Source of the DNA: a virus
Lineage: Duplodnaviria > Caudoviricetes
Strand: one strand, 5' to 3'
DNA length: 64,000 nucleotides
Virus record (IMG/VR): IMGVR_UViG_3300001528_000921
Span: 3,049-67,048 of that record
Every line of letters starts with the position of its first letter. Position 1 is the stretch's first letter. The notes beneath the pieces were generated by a model. The model was not told the DNA's origin. It searched no databases and worked only from the letters and a program-made list of their open reading frames with translations. Positions 48,037-58,463 of the stretch are shown one piece after another. Both the position numbers and the translations under genes were made by a program.

Positions 48037-48368
48037 GAATCTTCCTCCGACACCATCAAAGCCATTGTTTCTGGGTCAACATAATAGCAGAAAACACCGT
48101 CTTTGCCAATGATATAATGCTTCTTGTCTGCCCAATTCTGAAACGCCTGATAATCTTCGCGCGACAGGTTCTTGCTTCCGTTCGGATGTGTGTGCCACGT
48201 TGCTTCGGCATCCTCGAACTTTTCCAAATCTTCATACGAAGGACAGTAGGATTCAACGGGATTCGGATGCGTGTTTTCACACTCGACGATTTGACCGTCT
48301 TTTATGAAACCGCCGCGTTCCCCCGGCTTGTCAGAGTAAAACCTTTTGAGCTGAACTTGAATTTGCAT
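48027..48368 (-). CDS. JAB/MPN metalloprotease (N-terminal-like half of gpK)
   Basis: ERGG...HTHP...S.ED JAMM motif. Confidence 0.85.
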   Translation of the reverse strand: MQIQVQLKRFYSDKPGERGGFIKDGQIVECENTHPNPVESYCPSYEDLEKFEDAEATWHTHPNGSKNLSREDYQAFQNWADKKHYIIGKDGVFCYYVDPETMALMVSEEDSCE

Positions 48369-48789
48369 TGACGACGCCTTTCATGATGTCAAACACTTTT
48401 GGTCGTGAAGTGGCTCCGGGATTCGATTTGTGCCGTATGACTCCGACCGTCCAATTTTTCCAAATTGTATCATATCTGTCAATCGAGGACAAGCGGTTCT
48501 GAACATGATGCAGAATCTTGCCGTTTCCGATGTAAATCGCGGCATGGCAAGCGACGGACGCGCCAAGCGCGACCAGAATCAAATCGCCAAATTCCAAACC
48601 GTCGTCAACCAATCGGAATCCTTCGTTTCGGAAGAACTTGGCATACAGCGATTCGTCTTCCCAGAACTTATCATACCGAGCATAATTCCGCAGCTGGATT
48701 CCGAACTCCCACTTATAGAAATCCCGAACGAGGGTGTAGCAGTCGGTTATCCCGAAACGAAATTTGCGTCCGCAGTAATTATCGTACAA
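48331..48789 (-). CDS. NlpC/P60 peptidase (C-terminal-like half of gpK)
   Basis: G.TDCYTLVRDFY...HAAIY.G.G.ILHH. Confidence 0.88.
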   Translation of the reverse strand: MYDNYCGRKFRFGITDCYTLVRDFYKWEFGIQLRNYARYDKFWEDESLYAKFFRNEGFRLVDDGLEFGDLILVALGASVACHAAIYIGNGKILHHVQNRLSSIDRYDTIWKNWTVGVIRHKSNPGATSRPKVFDIMKGVVNANSSSAQKVLL

Positions 48790-48796
48790 TTTGACC

Positions 48797-49324
48797 TCAC
48801 TTCAAAGACAGAACCGGAAATTCAGGCGGTCGATACGTCCGCGGAGGAAGTTTGACGTTGTATCCATCCATCGGCGAACGCAATTCCAACGACACGGAAG
48901 CTTTTGTGAACGATTTGACAGACCAAACGCGCCATTTCTGCGCGAGGTAGATTTCTCGACCGTTCACAATGTCGTCGGCAAGAACTCGATACCGAGTCAT
49001 CATTGCTCCAACCAACGCACCGTTTCGAATATATCCTGAAAACACACCGTTCGGGTTGCCGCAGATGAATTGCGGGCGCTTCGGGGAACCAAGGGAGGAG
49101 TTCTCCCACCCTTCGAATTTGAGCGGAATCCCTTGCCAATGTTTCAAATGTTGCGTTCCGTCTGCGTCCGTGTAGTCGATTCCCCAATCGACAGAGTTGT
49201 TCAGTTTCAGGCGCAGAAAGTAATACTGACCGTTCGAATTGACCAAAAACTCGTATAAGTCGACGTATCCGTCGGCGATGAGTTTTTGGTTTTCGTAAAT
49301 GTGTTTTTCAGGAAGGTTTTTCAT
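48797..49324 (-). CDS. Minor tail protein, gpL-like
   Basis: Position between the Dit and gpK-like genes; lacks the C-terminal Cys cluster. Confidence 0.65.
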   Translation of the reverse strand: MKNLPEKHIYENQKLIADGYVDLYEFLVNSNGQYYFLRLKLNNSVDWGIDYTDADGTQHLKHWQGIPLKFEGWENSSLGSPKRPQFICGNPNGVFSGYIRNGALVGAMMTRYRVLADDIVNGREIYLAQKWRVWSVKSFTKASVSLELRSPMDGYNVKLPPRTYRPPEFPVLSLK

Positions 49325-49719
49325 TCGCTCACCTCAACCAATCTTACGGTGAACGCTTCGACAACACCGTCCGAGCCGGCATAGACTTCAGGCTCGTCCA
49401 GTTGGGCATTGAATCGGACTTTCCGTTTACCGTAAACCGGATCGTCATAATAGAACGTATCCCATAAATCATGACGACGGTAGAAGTCCATGAGCCACCC
49501 GAAATTGTTGACGGACTTGTTCGTTTCGAGATCGATTGTTCCGTCGTCTTTGACGTACCATCGATAACCTTGAAATTTCAATTCCCATTGGAGCATTTCG
49601 GGAGCGGTCGGTTTCGTCGTCATCGAATAGCCGTTGCCGAGCGTCAAAGAACCCGACGTCGAAGAATGAATCACCTTGCGGCTATGAACCATGAAATCGT
49701 CAAAAGTTTCCATAATCAA
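49321..49719 (-). CDS. Distal tail protein, gpM-like
   Basis: Immediately downstream of the TMP; typical size. Confidence 0.65.
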   Translation of the reverse strand: MIMETFDDFMVHSRKVIHSSTSGSLTLGNGYSMTTKPTAPEMLQWELKFQGYRWYVKDDGTIDLETNKSVNNFGWLMDFYRRHDLWDTFYYDDPVYGKRKVRFNAQLDEPEVYAGSDGVVEAFTVRLVEVSE

Positions 49720-52700
49720 TACCTTCCTTGCACGACTTGTTGAATGAGTTGACGAGTCTGACCGCCTTGCAGAATGTCGCGACTGACTGTGACGAGAACA
49801 TCATTTGCCGTCATTCCCGCGGATTGCTGATCCTGAACCACATAAACGTTTGTGACGACAGGCGAGGGTTTTTTGCTTTCCCGAACGTTCGAAGCTTTAT
49901 CGTTCGATGCGCGACTCGTTGCTTGGTTCATGGCGTCAAGCGTTTCTTTGCCAATCATGTCGACCGCGGATTTCTTCATGACATATTCACCAGGCATAAG
50001 CATTGCCGGAACGGAATCGCGTCCCGCAACCGCTCCGCCGATAGCGAAATGACGGATGCCTTGATGCGTGACGTAGCCGCCAATGGCGCCAGTTGTTGTA
50101 CTCAAAAGTCTGCCAGAGCTTGAAGACGGTGTTCCACCCCATCGAGTCGAAGACTGACTCCAGCTATTGATTGAACTACCACCAGTTTTTCCCCCGAAAC
50201 TTCCACCGACAGCAGTTCCACCAATGTTAAGAGCTTGACCAAGAGCGAAAGATAAATAATCCACCCCTTTGTCAATGGCTTTGTTCGCCAAAGCTTGAAG
50301 AATGCTCTGCGCCATATTGCGAAAAGCTTGAGTGACGCTCATGCCTTCAACGGCAATCGACTTAAATGCCGTCTTCAATCCGCTCGAAACAGAGTTCAGA
50401 CCTTCCAAAGTCAGAGCGTAAGCCGCCGACTGCTGGTTTATGCTGTTGAAGAAGTCCGAAGCGCCTTGCATCATCGAATTACCTGTCTGACCCCAGAATC
50501 CATCACCATAAACACCGAGTCTTGCCGCTTCTTCTGTCGCAGCTTTTTCATCGAGTTCGAGTTTGACAACTTGTTCTTGGAGCGGATCAGTCAACGCCGA
50601 GAACTGTTGGTCGCTGTATTCCTTGTAGGTCGTCGCGCGAGCGCCGCGAATCGTCTGCATCGCATCTTCGACAGCCTGTTTCTGGGCGCGAATGTAATCC
50701 AAATTCGCCAATGCAGTTGCACCTTGGTTGTAACCACCCTTTACATCGGTGTATTTTCGTTCCGCCGCAGGGACTCCGTAAGCGAGTTTCGCCGATTCAA
50801 TCGTGTTTTTATACGCGACTTCGGCGGACTTAATCAATCCCGAAAGCACCTTTTCACGAAGCTGTTTCAGAGCTTCAATCAAACCCTCGTCGGCTTTGGC
50901 GTTTTGCAGCTGGTCAATCGTTGAATCGAGCCAAGACTTACCCGAACTCGAAACTCCGAGCATACCTTCGAGCTTTTCCATGAATTTCTCGATGACACCC
51001 TGCTTATTCGTCTGACTCTGATTCTTCAGGTCTTGTTCGATGTCTTCCATCGCTTTCGTAGCAACATTCGTGATTTGCGTTTCGAGTGTTTGGATGTTTT
51101 CGAAAAGCTTTTCACGGGCGGTCGAGGTTTGAGTCTGAATTTCGAGCGACTGCGGGTATTTGTTTGCAGTTTCGTCGAGGGTCTTCATATACCCGCGGAA
51201 CGTGTCAATCGTTTTGAGCAATGTTCCGATGTCTTTCTGGGAACTCGCTCCGCTCCAATCTTTCAGACGATCCGAAAGCTTTTTATAATCTTCTCCGCCC
51301 ATGAATTTCGTCACGGAATCTGTTATATCGGAAATCGAGGTGAGTTCTTTGCGGAACGTTTCTTCACTCGGAGCACCTGTTATTCGAGTCATTCCGCGCT
51401 GAATTTCTTGGCGAGATGTGAGCAAACGTTCAAGCGACCCACGAACAGGGGTTCCGCTCTGGAAGTTATAAATCAAAGACTGAAGCTGCTCGATCGGCAT
51501 GGTTTGAAGCTTGCTCGAAACTTTCTGATACGATTCCCCAGGAGCGAGTCCGAGTGAGGAATACAAATTCTGCAAATCTCCGCGGATGTTTCTGCGATTC
51601 GAATGACCGATAAAATACTTCATTTCGCTGGAGAATTTTTGAACGTTTTGTAAATTAGCGCCAATTCTCTGTCGTTCGGAACCAAGACTTTCACGCTCCT
51701 GCGCAACAGCGATGTCAAGCATGTATTTCTTCAGCTGTTTGTAATCTTGGCTCAAACCTTGAACGACTTTCCGCTCGTTGTTAAATCTGTCGGTCAGATT
51801 CGCATGCGCTTTGTTCGCCTTCACAGCATCATTGCCGATGTTCTGCTGAGCAAGCTTCCACATTTCTTCAGCCAAAGCTTGAGCGGAAGTCTTCATGGAG
51901 TCGAGTTCGGCGGTTGTGCGCTCAATCACGGTATCCGCATCTTGCGCTTTGCCTTTGAACGCTTCTAACGCCTGAGCAAGAACTTCGCTCGCGTCCGCTA
52001 CAGAGGTGACAACAAACTTAAACGCCGAATTTATTGGGGATCCGCCAACGGACAAAATCTCAAACCAAACGTTCTTCAACCGTCCAAGCTGAGCTATCGT
52101 CGTGTCCATACGGACTTCTTCCGCTTTTTCGGAGATGCCGCGACGCTCCATCGCGTCAATCAGCTGATTGTTCAAATCCAGCTGTGATTTCAACGCCAAA
52201 TAGAAAGAAGCCGCCTGTCTGTCCAATCCACGGAAAGCGTTTTCAGCACCGAACCCCGCGTTAGCCAACGTCTGCATAACGTTGGAGAAGCCTTTTGTGC
52301 GGACGTTTACATCCGAAATTGTCAAACCAACCTTTTCCAACTCTTTCTGCAATTTTTTCGAAGGGTCGGACAATTCCGTGAGCACGGCGCGAAGACCAGT
52401 ACCCATAATCGAGCGGGTTTTCAGACCAGCGTTCGTCACAGCAGACATCGCAGCAACCGTTTCGTTGAACGACATCCCCATTTGGGAAGCCGCCGCACCT
52501 GCGTACTGCATGCCTTTCTGAATTGACGAGATTTCAGCTTTCGACGAGTTGACCGCTACAACCAAAGCGTCAACCATTCGCGCGGCATCGGACGTTTGCG
52601 ACGTCCACAACGACATGGACGATGTGAGCAAGTCAACGGAAGTTTTGAGGTCTGTTCCCGTGGCGGTCGCCAAACTGTTGACGCTGCCGAGCAATTTGGA

Positions 52701-53573
52701 AATGTCTTCCGCCGAATAACCCGCTTGCGCCAGAATTGTTGTTGTTTTCGTCAGTTCTTCGGTCGTGAAGCGAGAGTTCGACCCAACTTCGTAAATCGAC
52801 TTTGCGAGTTGACTCATCGTCCCGCTTGTGGAACCGGTGATGGCTTGGGTTTCGGAGAGCCAATCTTCCATTTTCAAAGAATCGGAAGATGCAGCATGGA
52901 GAGCGGATCCCGCAGCCCCAAGAGCGGCTCCTTGTATTCTCCACATAGCCTGTGAAGCGAGCCTGCCCATTTGGGACATAGCTGCTCCTTTAAATGAATG
53001 TGTCCAGCCAAGCACTCGAGCTCTCGCCGCAAAAGTTGAACCGATGCGAGGATCGTTCAATCCACGAACATAACCAAAAGCACCGCTTCGCTGAGCTTCG
53101 ATAACGGCAGACCGCATCCTCGATTTATTAGCTTGTATATCGGCGATTCGGTCTTTCTCTTTTTGCTGATTTTGTTTTCCAACCTCATCAGTCTGCTTCT
53201 TTATTTCCGCAGTCTGGCGTTTGAGCGAAGCTTCGTGATTTTTGTCCGCTTTCTCTTGTAATTGTTTCCAAACATTCGTAGCGGATATTAGCTTATCGGT
53301 GGCAGCTTTATACCCTTTTTCCAAATTCGCAGCAATTCGTTCCTGTTGCTGGGGCGATTTTTGCTTCCATTCTCCGAGAGTATATCCGAGATTTTTTGAC
53401 AAACTACGTTTCTGAAACTCGTTCAATGTCGGATTATTGATCAATTTCATGGCGTTTTTGAATTGATCGCCAAGCCGCCGAACCCGTTTATCTAAAGCGT
53501 CAACAGTTTCGCGTGCTTGTTTCGCATCGACTTCAAGTTTTATAGTCTTCTTCTCAATGTCGTCGGCAGCCAT
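49716..53573 (-). CDS. Tape measure protein
   Basis: 1285 aa, TP901-type TMP domain (LAQAG...LATATG), Ala/Gln-rich helical, GEYV near the C-terminus. Confidence 0.93.
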   Translation of the reverse strand: MAADDIEKKTIKLEVDAKQARETVDALDKRVRRLGDQFKNAMKLINNPTLNEFQKRSLSKNLGYTLGEWKQKSPQQQERIAANLEKGYKAATDKLISATNVWKQLQEKADKNHEASLKRQTAEIKKQTDEVGKQNQQKEKDRIADIQANKSRMRSAVIEAQRSGAFGYVRGLNDPRIGSTFAARARVLGWTHSFKGAAMSQMGRLASQAMWRIQGAALGAAGSALHAASSDSLKMEDWLSETQAITGSTSGTMSQLAKSIYEVGSNSRFTTEELTKTTTILAQAGYSAEDISKLLGSVNSLATATGTDLKTSVDLLTSSMSLWTSQTSDAARMVDALVVAVNSSKAEISSIQKGMQYAGAAASQMGMSFNETVAAMSAVTNAGLKTRSIMGTGLRAVLTELSDPSKKLQKELEKVGLTISDVNVRTKGFSNVMQTLANAGFGAENAFRGLDRQAASFYLALKSQLDLNNQLIDAMERRGISEKAEEVRMDTTIAQLGRLKNVWFEILSVGGSPINSAFKFVVTSVADASEVLAQALEAFKGKAQDADTVIERTTAELDSMKTSAQALAEEMWKLAQQNIGNDAVKANKAHANLTDRFNNERKVVQGLSQDYKQLKKYMLDIAVAQERESLGSERQRIGANLQNVQKFSSEMKYFIGHSNRRNIRGDLQNLYSSLGLAPGESYQKVSSKLQTMPIEQLQSLIYNFQSGTPVRGSLERLLTSRQEIQRGMTRITGAPSEETFRKELTSISDITDSVTKFMGGEDYKKLSDRLKDWSGASSQKDIGTLLKTIDTFRGYMKTLDETANKYPQSLEIQTQTSTAREKLFENIQTLETQITNVATKAMEDIEQDLKNQSQTNKQGVIEKFMEKLEGMLGVSSSGKSWLDSTIDQLQNAKADEGLIEALKQLREKVLSGLIKSAEVAYKNTIESAKLAYGVPAAERKYTDVKGGYNQGATALANLDYIRAQKQAVEDAMQTIRGARATTYKEYSDQQFSALTDPLQEQVVKLELDEKAATEEAARLGVYGDGFWGQTGNSMMQGASDFFNSINQQSAAYALTLEGLNSVSSGLKTAFKSIAVEGMSVTQAFRNMAQSILQALANKAIDKGVDYLSFALGQALNIGGTAVGGSFGGKTGGSSINSWSQSSTRWGGTPSSSSGRLLSTTTGAIGGYVTHQGIRHFAIGGAVAGRDSVPAMLMPGEYVMKKSAVDMIGKETLDAMNQATSRASNDKASNVRESKKPSPVVTNVYVVQDQQSAGMTANDVLVTVSRDILQGGQTRQLIQQVVQGRY

Positions 53574-53588
53574 AAACCAGACCCTCGC

Positions 53589-54247
53589 TTAAAAATTATT
53601 CGCGTCAGCAACAAAAGCCTTCAAATCTCCGAAATTACCGGATTTCTTCGTCGGCGCAGGACGACCATTCCCGTCATCCGAGCCACCGAAGGCTTTGCTC
53701 ACAATCATAACCAAATTCTCATAATTTTGCAAGCAAAGCATTTGCTCTTTACGCAAATAAGCTCCAACTCCGAGTTTGATTTCTCGGAGCGAGAGCTTGT
53801 CTTTGATTTCAGATAGCGCTGTTCCATGAGCAAGGAACACGGCGTCTTCGAACGTTAGTTCTTTTGCCCATCCGTTGTATTGTCCGAGGAGTTCGTCTGG
53901 GTTCCTCGACGTTTCGCTTTGTCGTCCACTTTCTTCAGGGCTTCCATAAAAAAATCGTTCAGATGCTCCTCGGTGAAGTCCAAAATGCGAATCGCGTCGG
54001 AAGATTCCAATTCATCGATGTCGATGATTGTGTCTTCGGAATCATAAAACTTCGTTCCGTCTTCCGTTTTATATTTTGCCAAGAACGCGCGGATAATTCG
54101 ATCCTGCACTTCGGGAACAACGAAAATCGCACCGATTTCAGACAAATCTCCGACTTTCGACGCGACATAGTTCAACCGCCCGAACGTCATTTTGACAGTC
54201 TTGCCTTGAATAACCAATTCATCAGCCATAGCCAAATCCTTTCCCAC
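53589..54247 (-). CDS. Tail assembly chaperones G (53855-54247) and GT (via predicted -1 frameshift)
   Basis: Between the tail tube and TMP genes; in-frame T-TTT-TTT at 53948-53954; -1 frame open to the stop at 53589. Confidence 0.7.
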
Positions 54248-54297
54248 GTTAAATAATTTACTCGAAAATAATACAAAACAAGAACGCGAAAGTCAAT

Positions 54298-54326
54298 AAG
54301 AAAGGGCGGAACCGAAGCTCCGCCCT
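54298..54326 (-). terminator. Intrinsic terminator after the major tail gene
   Basis: AGGGCGGA-loop-TCCGCCCT followed by TTCTT on the minus strand. Confidence 0.8.
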
Positions 54327-54357
54327 ACAAAGTTCCCGCCGTAGGAATACGAGAACC

Positions 54358-55482
54358 TTATTTCTTGTACAGTTCCAACCGGCATTTTTTCTGGCGGTCG
54401 TAACCGTTGTCGCTCGGCAGCAACATGTACGGCGTGATTTCAAACGGCATGGACGCATAGTTGTCCGTCGTCGAAGCCAACGTAAAGCCGTTGGTCACAC
54501 GCGCTTTCTGCGAAATCAGAACGGTCGGTTCTTTTTCGTTCGGCAGAACGAAAACCATTTTCACCGAAACATACGGGGTTTCGTCGTTCGACGCAACCTT
54601 GATGAAGCTGACCGTAATCACGGAATCGCCGGCGACGAAGGACATGCCTTCAGCCAGAGGGTCGTTCAGCGTGATTTCGAAGAAGCCTTTGGTCCCATCC
54701 GTACCGCCAGACAAAGCGACGCCCGACAAGGTGAATTTGTCGGCAGCGTTCGTGGACAAGGTGATAGCATTACCTTCCGTTCCGATAGCGTCAGCCGTAA
54801 CCGTAACCGTCGCTTCGTTCGCAACCAAATCAACACCTTCGACTTCGCATTTCGCGATGTTCGCTGCTGTTTCGCTTTCGCTCGAACCGATTTGGAAGTC
54901 CGTACCAGCCAACAAAGCTTTGTTGCCGATTTTGATTTGGTCGCTCGCTTCGGGAGTTCCCGCAACTGTAATCGTTCCGGTCGCTTTCGAACCGCCGGCA
55001 GGAGCCGTGTAAGCTGTCGATTTAACGACGCCCAGAGCAACACGGTCGTCCGCACCGGAGAATTTCGCCTGAACCAGCAAATGCTGACCTTCGGGGAAGT
55101 TCGAGGACGGGTCGCTGTCGGACAAAATCGTGATTTTGTTCGTCGTGTCGCCATCGCCGTTGACCGCTTCTTTCAGGTAGTACGTTTTGCCCGTTTTGTA
55201 TTCCGAACCGTCCAAACCTGCGGCATACGCCAAGTTTTTTGCCGTGTATTCGTACACGTCGGCGGTAACGGAAACGTCGTTGCCCGTAACCTGCGAGTCA
55301 ACGACCAACTGCTGCAAGCCCTGCGTCAATTCGATACGATTCTTCGTGGACGTGCACGTCAGCTGTTTGATCAAACCGACGGAATGAGTTTCCGGGGTCA
55401 AGTCATACGCTTCACCCGGTTTGCCAATCATCAACGTACCGTCGGAAACGTTGAATTGGATCGTTTTTGCTTCACCAGCCAT
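54358..55482 (-). CDS. Major tail tube protein with inserted domain
   Basis: Position, size, own terminator; central TG/TA-rich insertion. Confidence 0.8.
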   Translation of the reverse strand: MAGEAKTIQFNVSDGTLMIGKPGEAYDLTPETHSVGLIKQLTCTSTKNRIELTQGLQQLVVDSQVTGNDVSVTADVYEYTAKNLAYAAGLDGSEYKTGKTYYLKEAVNGDGDTTNKITILSDSDPSSNFPEGQHLLVQAKFSGADDRVALGVVKSTAYTAPAGGSKATGTITVAGTPEASDQIKIGNKALLAGTDFQIGSSESETAANIAKCEVEGVDLVANEATVTVTADAIGTEGNAITLSTNAADKFTLSGVALSGGTDGTKGFFEITLNDPLAEGMSFVAGDSVITVSFIKVASNDETPYVSVKMVFVLPNEKEPTVLISQKARVTNGFTLASTTDNYASMPFEITPYMLLPSDNGYDRQKKCRLELYKK

Positions 55483-55695
55483 AATTCGAGATCTCCTATA
55501 AAATGGTGGATGCCTTTAATTTACGCCAAAGAGAACGAAAAAGCAACAAAAAATAACCGTGCGGGGAAGGGGGTCCACACGGTTATTTTACATATAGACC
55601 GGTTAAACAAACGAGTGTCGCGACCACATCATTTGAAGCTCAAGATTAGGGATCCACCGCGATATTTTGCGGGTTACCTTAGCCCGGTTCATTGT

Positions 55696-56193
55696 CTATT
55701 TTATACAGCGGCTGAATCCGCGTGTCAAGTCAGAAACGCAATCGACCGTAAACATTTGCACGCATCGAATGTCGATTTTTGACACAGGTGACAAAAGCTT
55801 ACCGTCCAAAATGTTGGCGTTTCCGATTTTCTTCAAGTTTTCATCGAACAACGAGAACGAACCGAGAACTTCAAAGCGGTCGTACAAATACGACAACGCC
55901 TTGTAATGCCGATGTAGGTTCACGTCCTCGAACATAGACACGCCGACTTGGAAGCTCAAACTGTAGATTTTGTCTTCTTCCTCGCAGCTGAAACCGTTGA
56001 ACAGCAGCACGTCTGTTTTCGGCACGTCTGTTTGGAAAGCGTGATTCTCTGTCAGAAACACCTGCGCATCGGACAAAACCAGTTGTTTTTCTTTCATTTC
56101 AGCAAGGCACTGACTTAAAGCTCCGATGCAAGACGTATGCATCAAATCGACGATGTTTTCGTTTTTGATAGGTTGATTGAAAAATTCGGGCAT
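55696..56193 (-). CDS. Tail terminator-like protein
   Basis: Synteny (directly upstream of the tail tube gene). Confidence 0.5.
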   Translation of the reverse strand: MPEFFNQPIKNENIVDLMHTSCIGALSQCLAEMKEKQLVLSDAQVFLTENHAFQTDVPKTDVLLFNGFSCEEEDKIYSLSFQVGVSMFEDVNLHRHYKALSYLYDRFEVLGSFSLFDENLKKIGNANILDGKLLSPVSKIDIRCVQMFTVDCVSDLTRGFSRCIK

Positions 56194-56194
56194 C

Positions 56195-56866
56195 TCACAC
56201 GCTCCTTATCAGTTTGCCGATTCGCGGCGACACGACTTTGAACAATAAATAGCGCAGAGCGGGCGTCGCAAACGGACGGGTGTCGTCGTTCAACGCGAGC
56301 TTTTCTGCGCTTCTCGGACCAACGATTTTAGCCCAATCTGCTTCGGTCGGACGTCGGCGCATCTTTATTTCGTATTTTATCTCGGCGGACGGATTCTCGA
56401 TTCGCTCGTATTTTTTGGTCAGGCTTGATTTGAGCGACCGATAATTCTTTTGCGAAACAGAAAACCAAGACGAACCGTCAATCGAACCTCGTACCTGCAC
56501 AATCTGATTCGCCATTGTTCTCGAAACTTTATGCCGTTTCAGCTGCGTGTACAAAGAACCCGAATACGAATAAAATCCTTGCCGACCGCCGAGGTGCTTT
56601 CCTCGCTTCGCAAATCGCTTTGCCTTTCGAGCCAGATATTTCGCCGTCAGATGCGGATACATATCCCAGTGCTCGCCGTATTCAGGCACAAGATTCGTGT
56701 CGCCACCTTCTGTTCCAATCCACGAAGCCATAAGCTTCGGTAAATCGGCGAGCGAATCGGCGATGATGTCTTCCATTTTTGGAGAAAGGGTTTGCGCGGT
56801 TCTCGTCACTTTTTCAGCGAGAAATTCAGCCGCTTCTTTTTTGAGCCATCTATCAAACGTAGACAT
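56195..56866 (-). CDS. Neck/tail completion protein
   Basis: Basic protein with YSGSL and RPF motifs; synteny. Confidence 0.55.
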   Translation of the reverse strand: MSTFDRWLKKEAAEFLAEKVTRTAQTLSPKMEDIIADSLADLPKLMASWIGTEGGDTNLVPEYGEHWDMYPHLTAKYLARKAKRFAKRGKHLGGRQGFYSYSGSLYTQLKRHKVSRTMANQIVQVRGSIDGSSWFSVSQKNYRSLKSSLTKKYERIENPSAEIKYEIKMRRRPTEADWAKIVGPRSAEKLALNDDTRPFATPALRYLLFKVVSPRIGKLIRSV

Positions 56867-57386
56867 TATAAACTCCGAGCGAATAATCGACTCGAAGCGC
56901 GCGGTACTTCCCGATGAAATCGCCTTCGACGATTTCGGCGTTCGTCACGATTCGAAAGTCTTTTTTGACAACTTTCATTGTGTCCAACGTCTGACCGTCA
57001 ACTTCAAACGCCGTCCAAATCAAACCCAAGTCCTCGATTTCTTCACCTTCGGGCATCTGCGTCACGGGATTGATTTTGGTCTTCGTGCGAGTCCAGCGCA
57101 TTTCGCGGTTGACGTGGATTGCAACAAACGTGTTGACGTCGGAGCGGATGTATTCGTCCTCGCCGTTGTAGGCTGTAAGGTAGGATTCGTTCTTCGGTGT
57201 GAAAAACACAACACCGGCGGTCATACCCACAACGTCATCGACTCGAAGTTGACGACGGGTCGGAGTGAAATCGGTCGTGCGGTTATTCGAAATCGTAGGT
57301 AAGCTCAACTGCCCGAAGAACTGGGTTCCGTCTTCGCGCGTCATTCTCACCTTGAATCGATTTCCAATGTCCTTGAACCGCATCAT
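56853..57386 (-). CDS. Head closure-like protein
   Basis: Synteny; beta-rich. Confidence 0.5.
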   Translation of the reverse strand: MMRFKDIGNRFKVRMTREDGTQFFGQLSLPTISNNRTTDFTPTRRQLRVDDVVGMTAGVVFFTPKNESYLTAYNGEDEYIRSDVNTFVAIHVNREMRWTRTKTKINPVTQMPEGEEIEDLGLIWTAFEVDGQTLDTMKVVKKDFRIVTNAEIVEGDFIGKYRALRVDYSLGVYNVYV

Positions 57387-58114
57387 TCACCTGTGAAAAT
57401 ATCTTCCGTGGTCACAACGTTGAAGTATTCAATCGCCCCAGCTCCATCGGCTCCGTCCGTCAAATCGTCAAGCAAATCGTCCAATTCGGCTTTCGCAGCA
57501 TCGATTTGTTCGTCGAAATCCATCGCTTTTTCGAATCGGGTCATTTTACTCGTACCGTCCGATTCGGAAGCAACCGCAAGCAACCGCAAACCGTTCGAGA
57601 AGGACAAAGCACACGTCAGAGTCAGAATCCGATTCGCTTTGATGGCGTTGACACCGCCACCTTTGAACCAAGATTCCAACGTGGGATATTTTGTGAGCAA
57701 TTCGAAATAGCACGAATCGAGGTCAATCAGTTCGTTCGAAAGGTCGGAATCGTTCAATCCGAAGACCAAACGAACATTGTCTTTCGTCGTCGTGTACGCG
57801 GGAATGTTCGAAACACGGTACTGTTCTTTGAACGTAATCACTTTTCCGCCGATAACAACGTCGAGTAAAAGTGTTCTGATTTCGCTTTGAGCGGTAATCG
57901 TGTTCGCTTCGGCGGGGATTACAACGGACAGAGAGGTCGAAGGAGGTGTAAGAACCTCTCTGTCCGTGTAATCGTCCATTGGGGAAAAGTCATTCCCCAA
58001 AAGCGTATATTTAACAACAGAATCGGCATCCGGTTGTACGAAGTTTCCTCCGACAATCAAGTCAACCGTAATCGTAGCAGACTTATTAGCAAATACCGAC
58101 TGCATTGTCAACAC
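57383..58114 (-). CDS. Head-tail adaptor-like protein
   Basis: Synteny; helical C-terminal part. Confidence 0.5.
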   Translation of the reverse strand: MLTMQSVFANKSATITVDLIVGGNFVQPDADSVVKYTLLGNDFSPMDDYTDREVLTPPSTSLSVVIPAEANTITAQSEIRTLLLDVVIGGKVITFKEQYRVSNIPAYTTTKDNVRLVFGLNDSDLSNELIDLDSCYFELLTKYPTLESWFKGGGVNAIKANRILTLTCALSFSNGLRLLAVASESDGTSKMTRFEKAMDFDEQIDAAKAELDDLLDDLTDGADGAGAIEYFNVVTTEDIFTGE

Positions 58115-58118
58115 CTAT

Positions 58119-58349
58119 TTATCTGTTTCGTTTTCCACGACGGGTGGGTTGGGTTTCGACGACAGGTTCGGCTTCAGCTTCGACGACAGGTTCAACAACC
58201 GGTTCGGCTTTCACCATTTCAACACGACCGTTGCGGATTTCGGATTGCAACAAAGCGCAATCTTCAACTTCGGAAGCTTCAGGTAAAACAAATTCGCCGT
58301 GCCCTAAGGGAATAATGAACGCACCCGTGGTTTTTACGAGAATTTTCAT
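58119..58349 (-). CDS. Small head-associated protein with EPVVE repeats
   Basis: AAGGA RBS before MKILVKTT; low-complexity tail. Confidence 0.55.
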   Translation of the reverse strand: MKILVKTTGAFIIPLGHGEFVLPEASEVEDCALLQSEIRNGRVEMVKAEPVVEPVVEAEAEPVVETQPTRRGKRNR

Positions 58350-58411
58350 AACGAAATTCCTTTTTATAGTTTCGATGTCAACAGAATAACGCAAATCTCG
58401 GTGCAAGTCAA

Positions 58412-58438
58412 AGAAAAACGGCGGGTCGAAACCCGCCG
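58412..58438 (-). terminator. Intrinsic terminator after the major capsid gene
   Basis: CGGCGGGT-TTCG-ACCCGCCG-TTTTTCTT on the minus strand. Confidence 0.85.
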
Positions 58439-58463
58439 CTCTTTTTAGGTCGAAACCCAGTTA

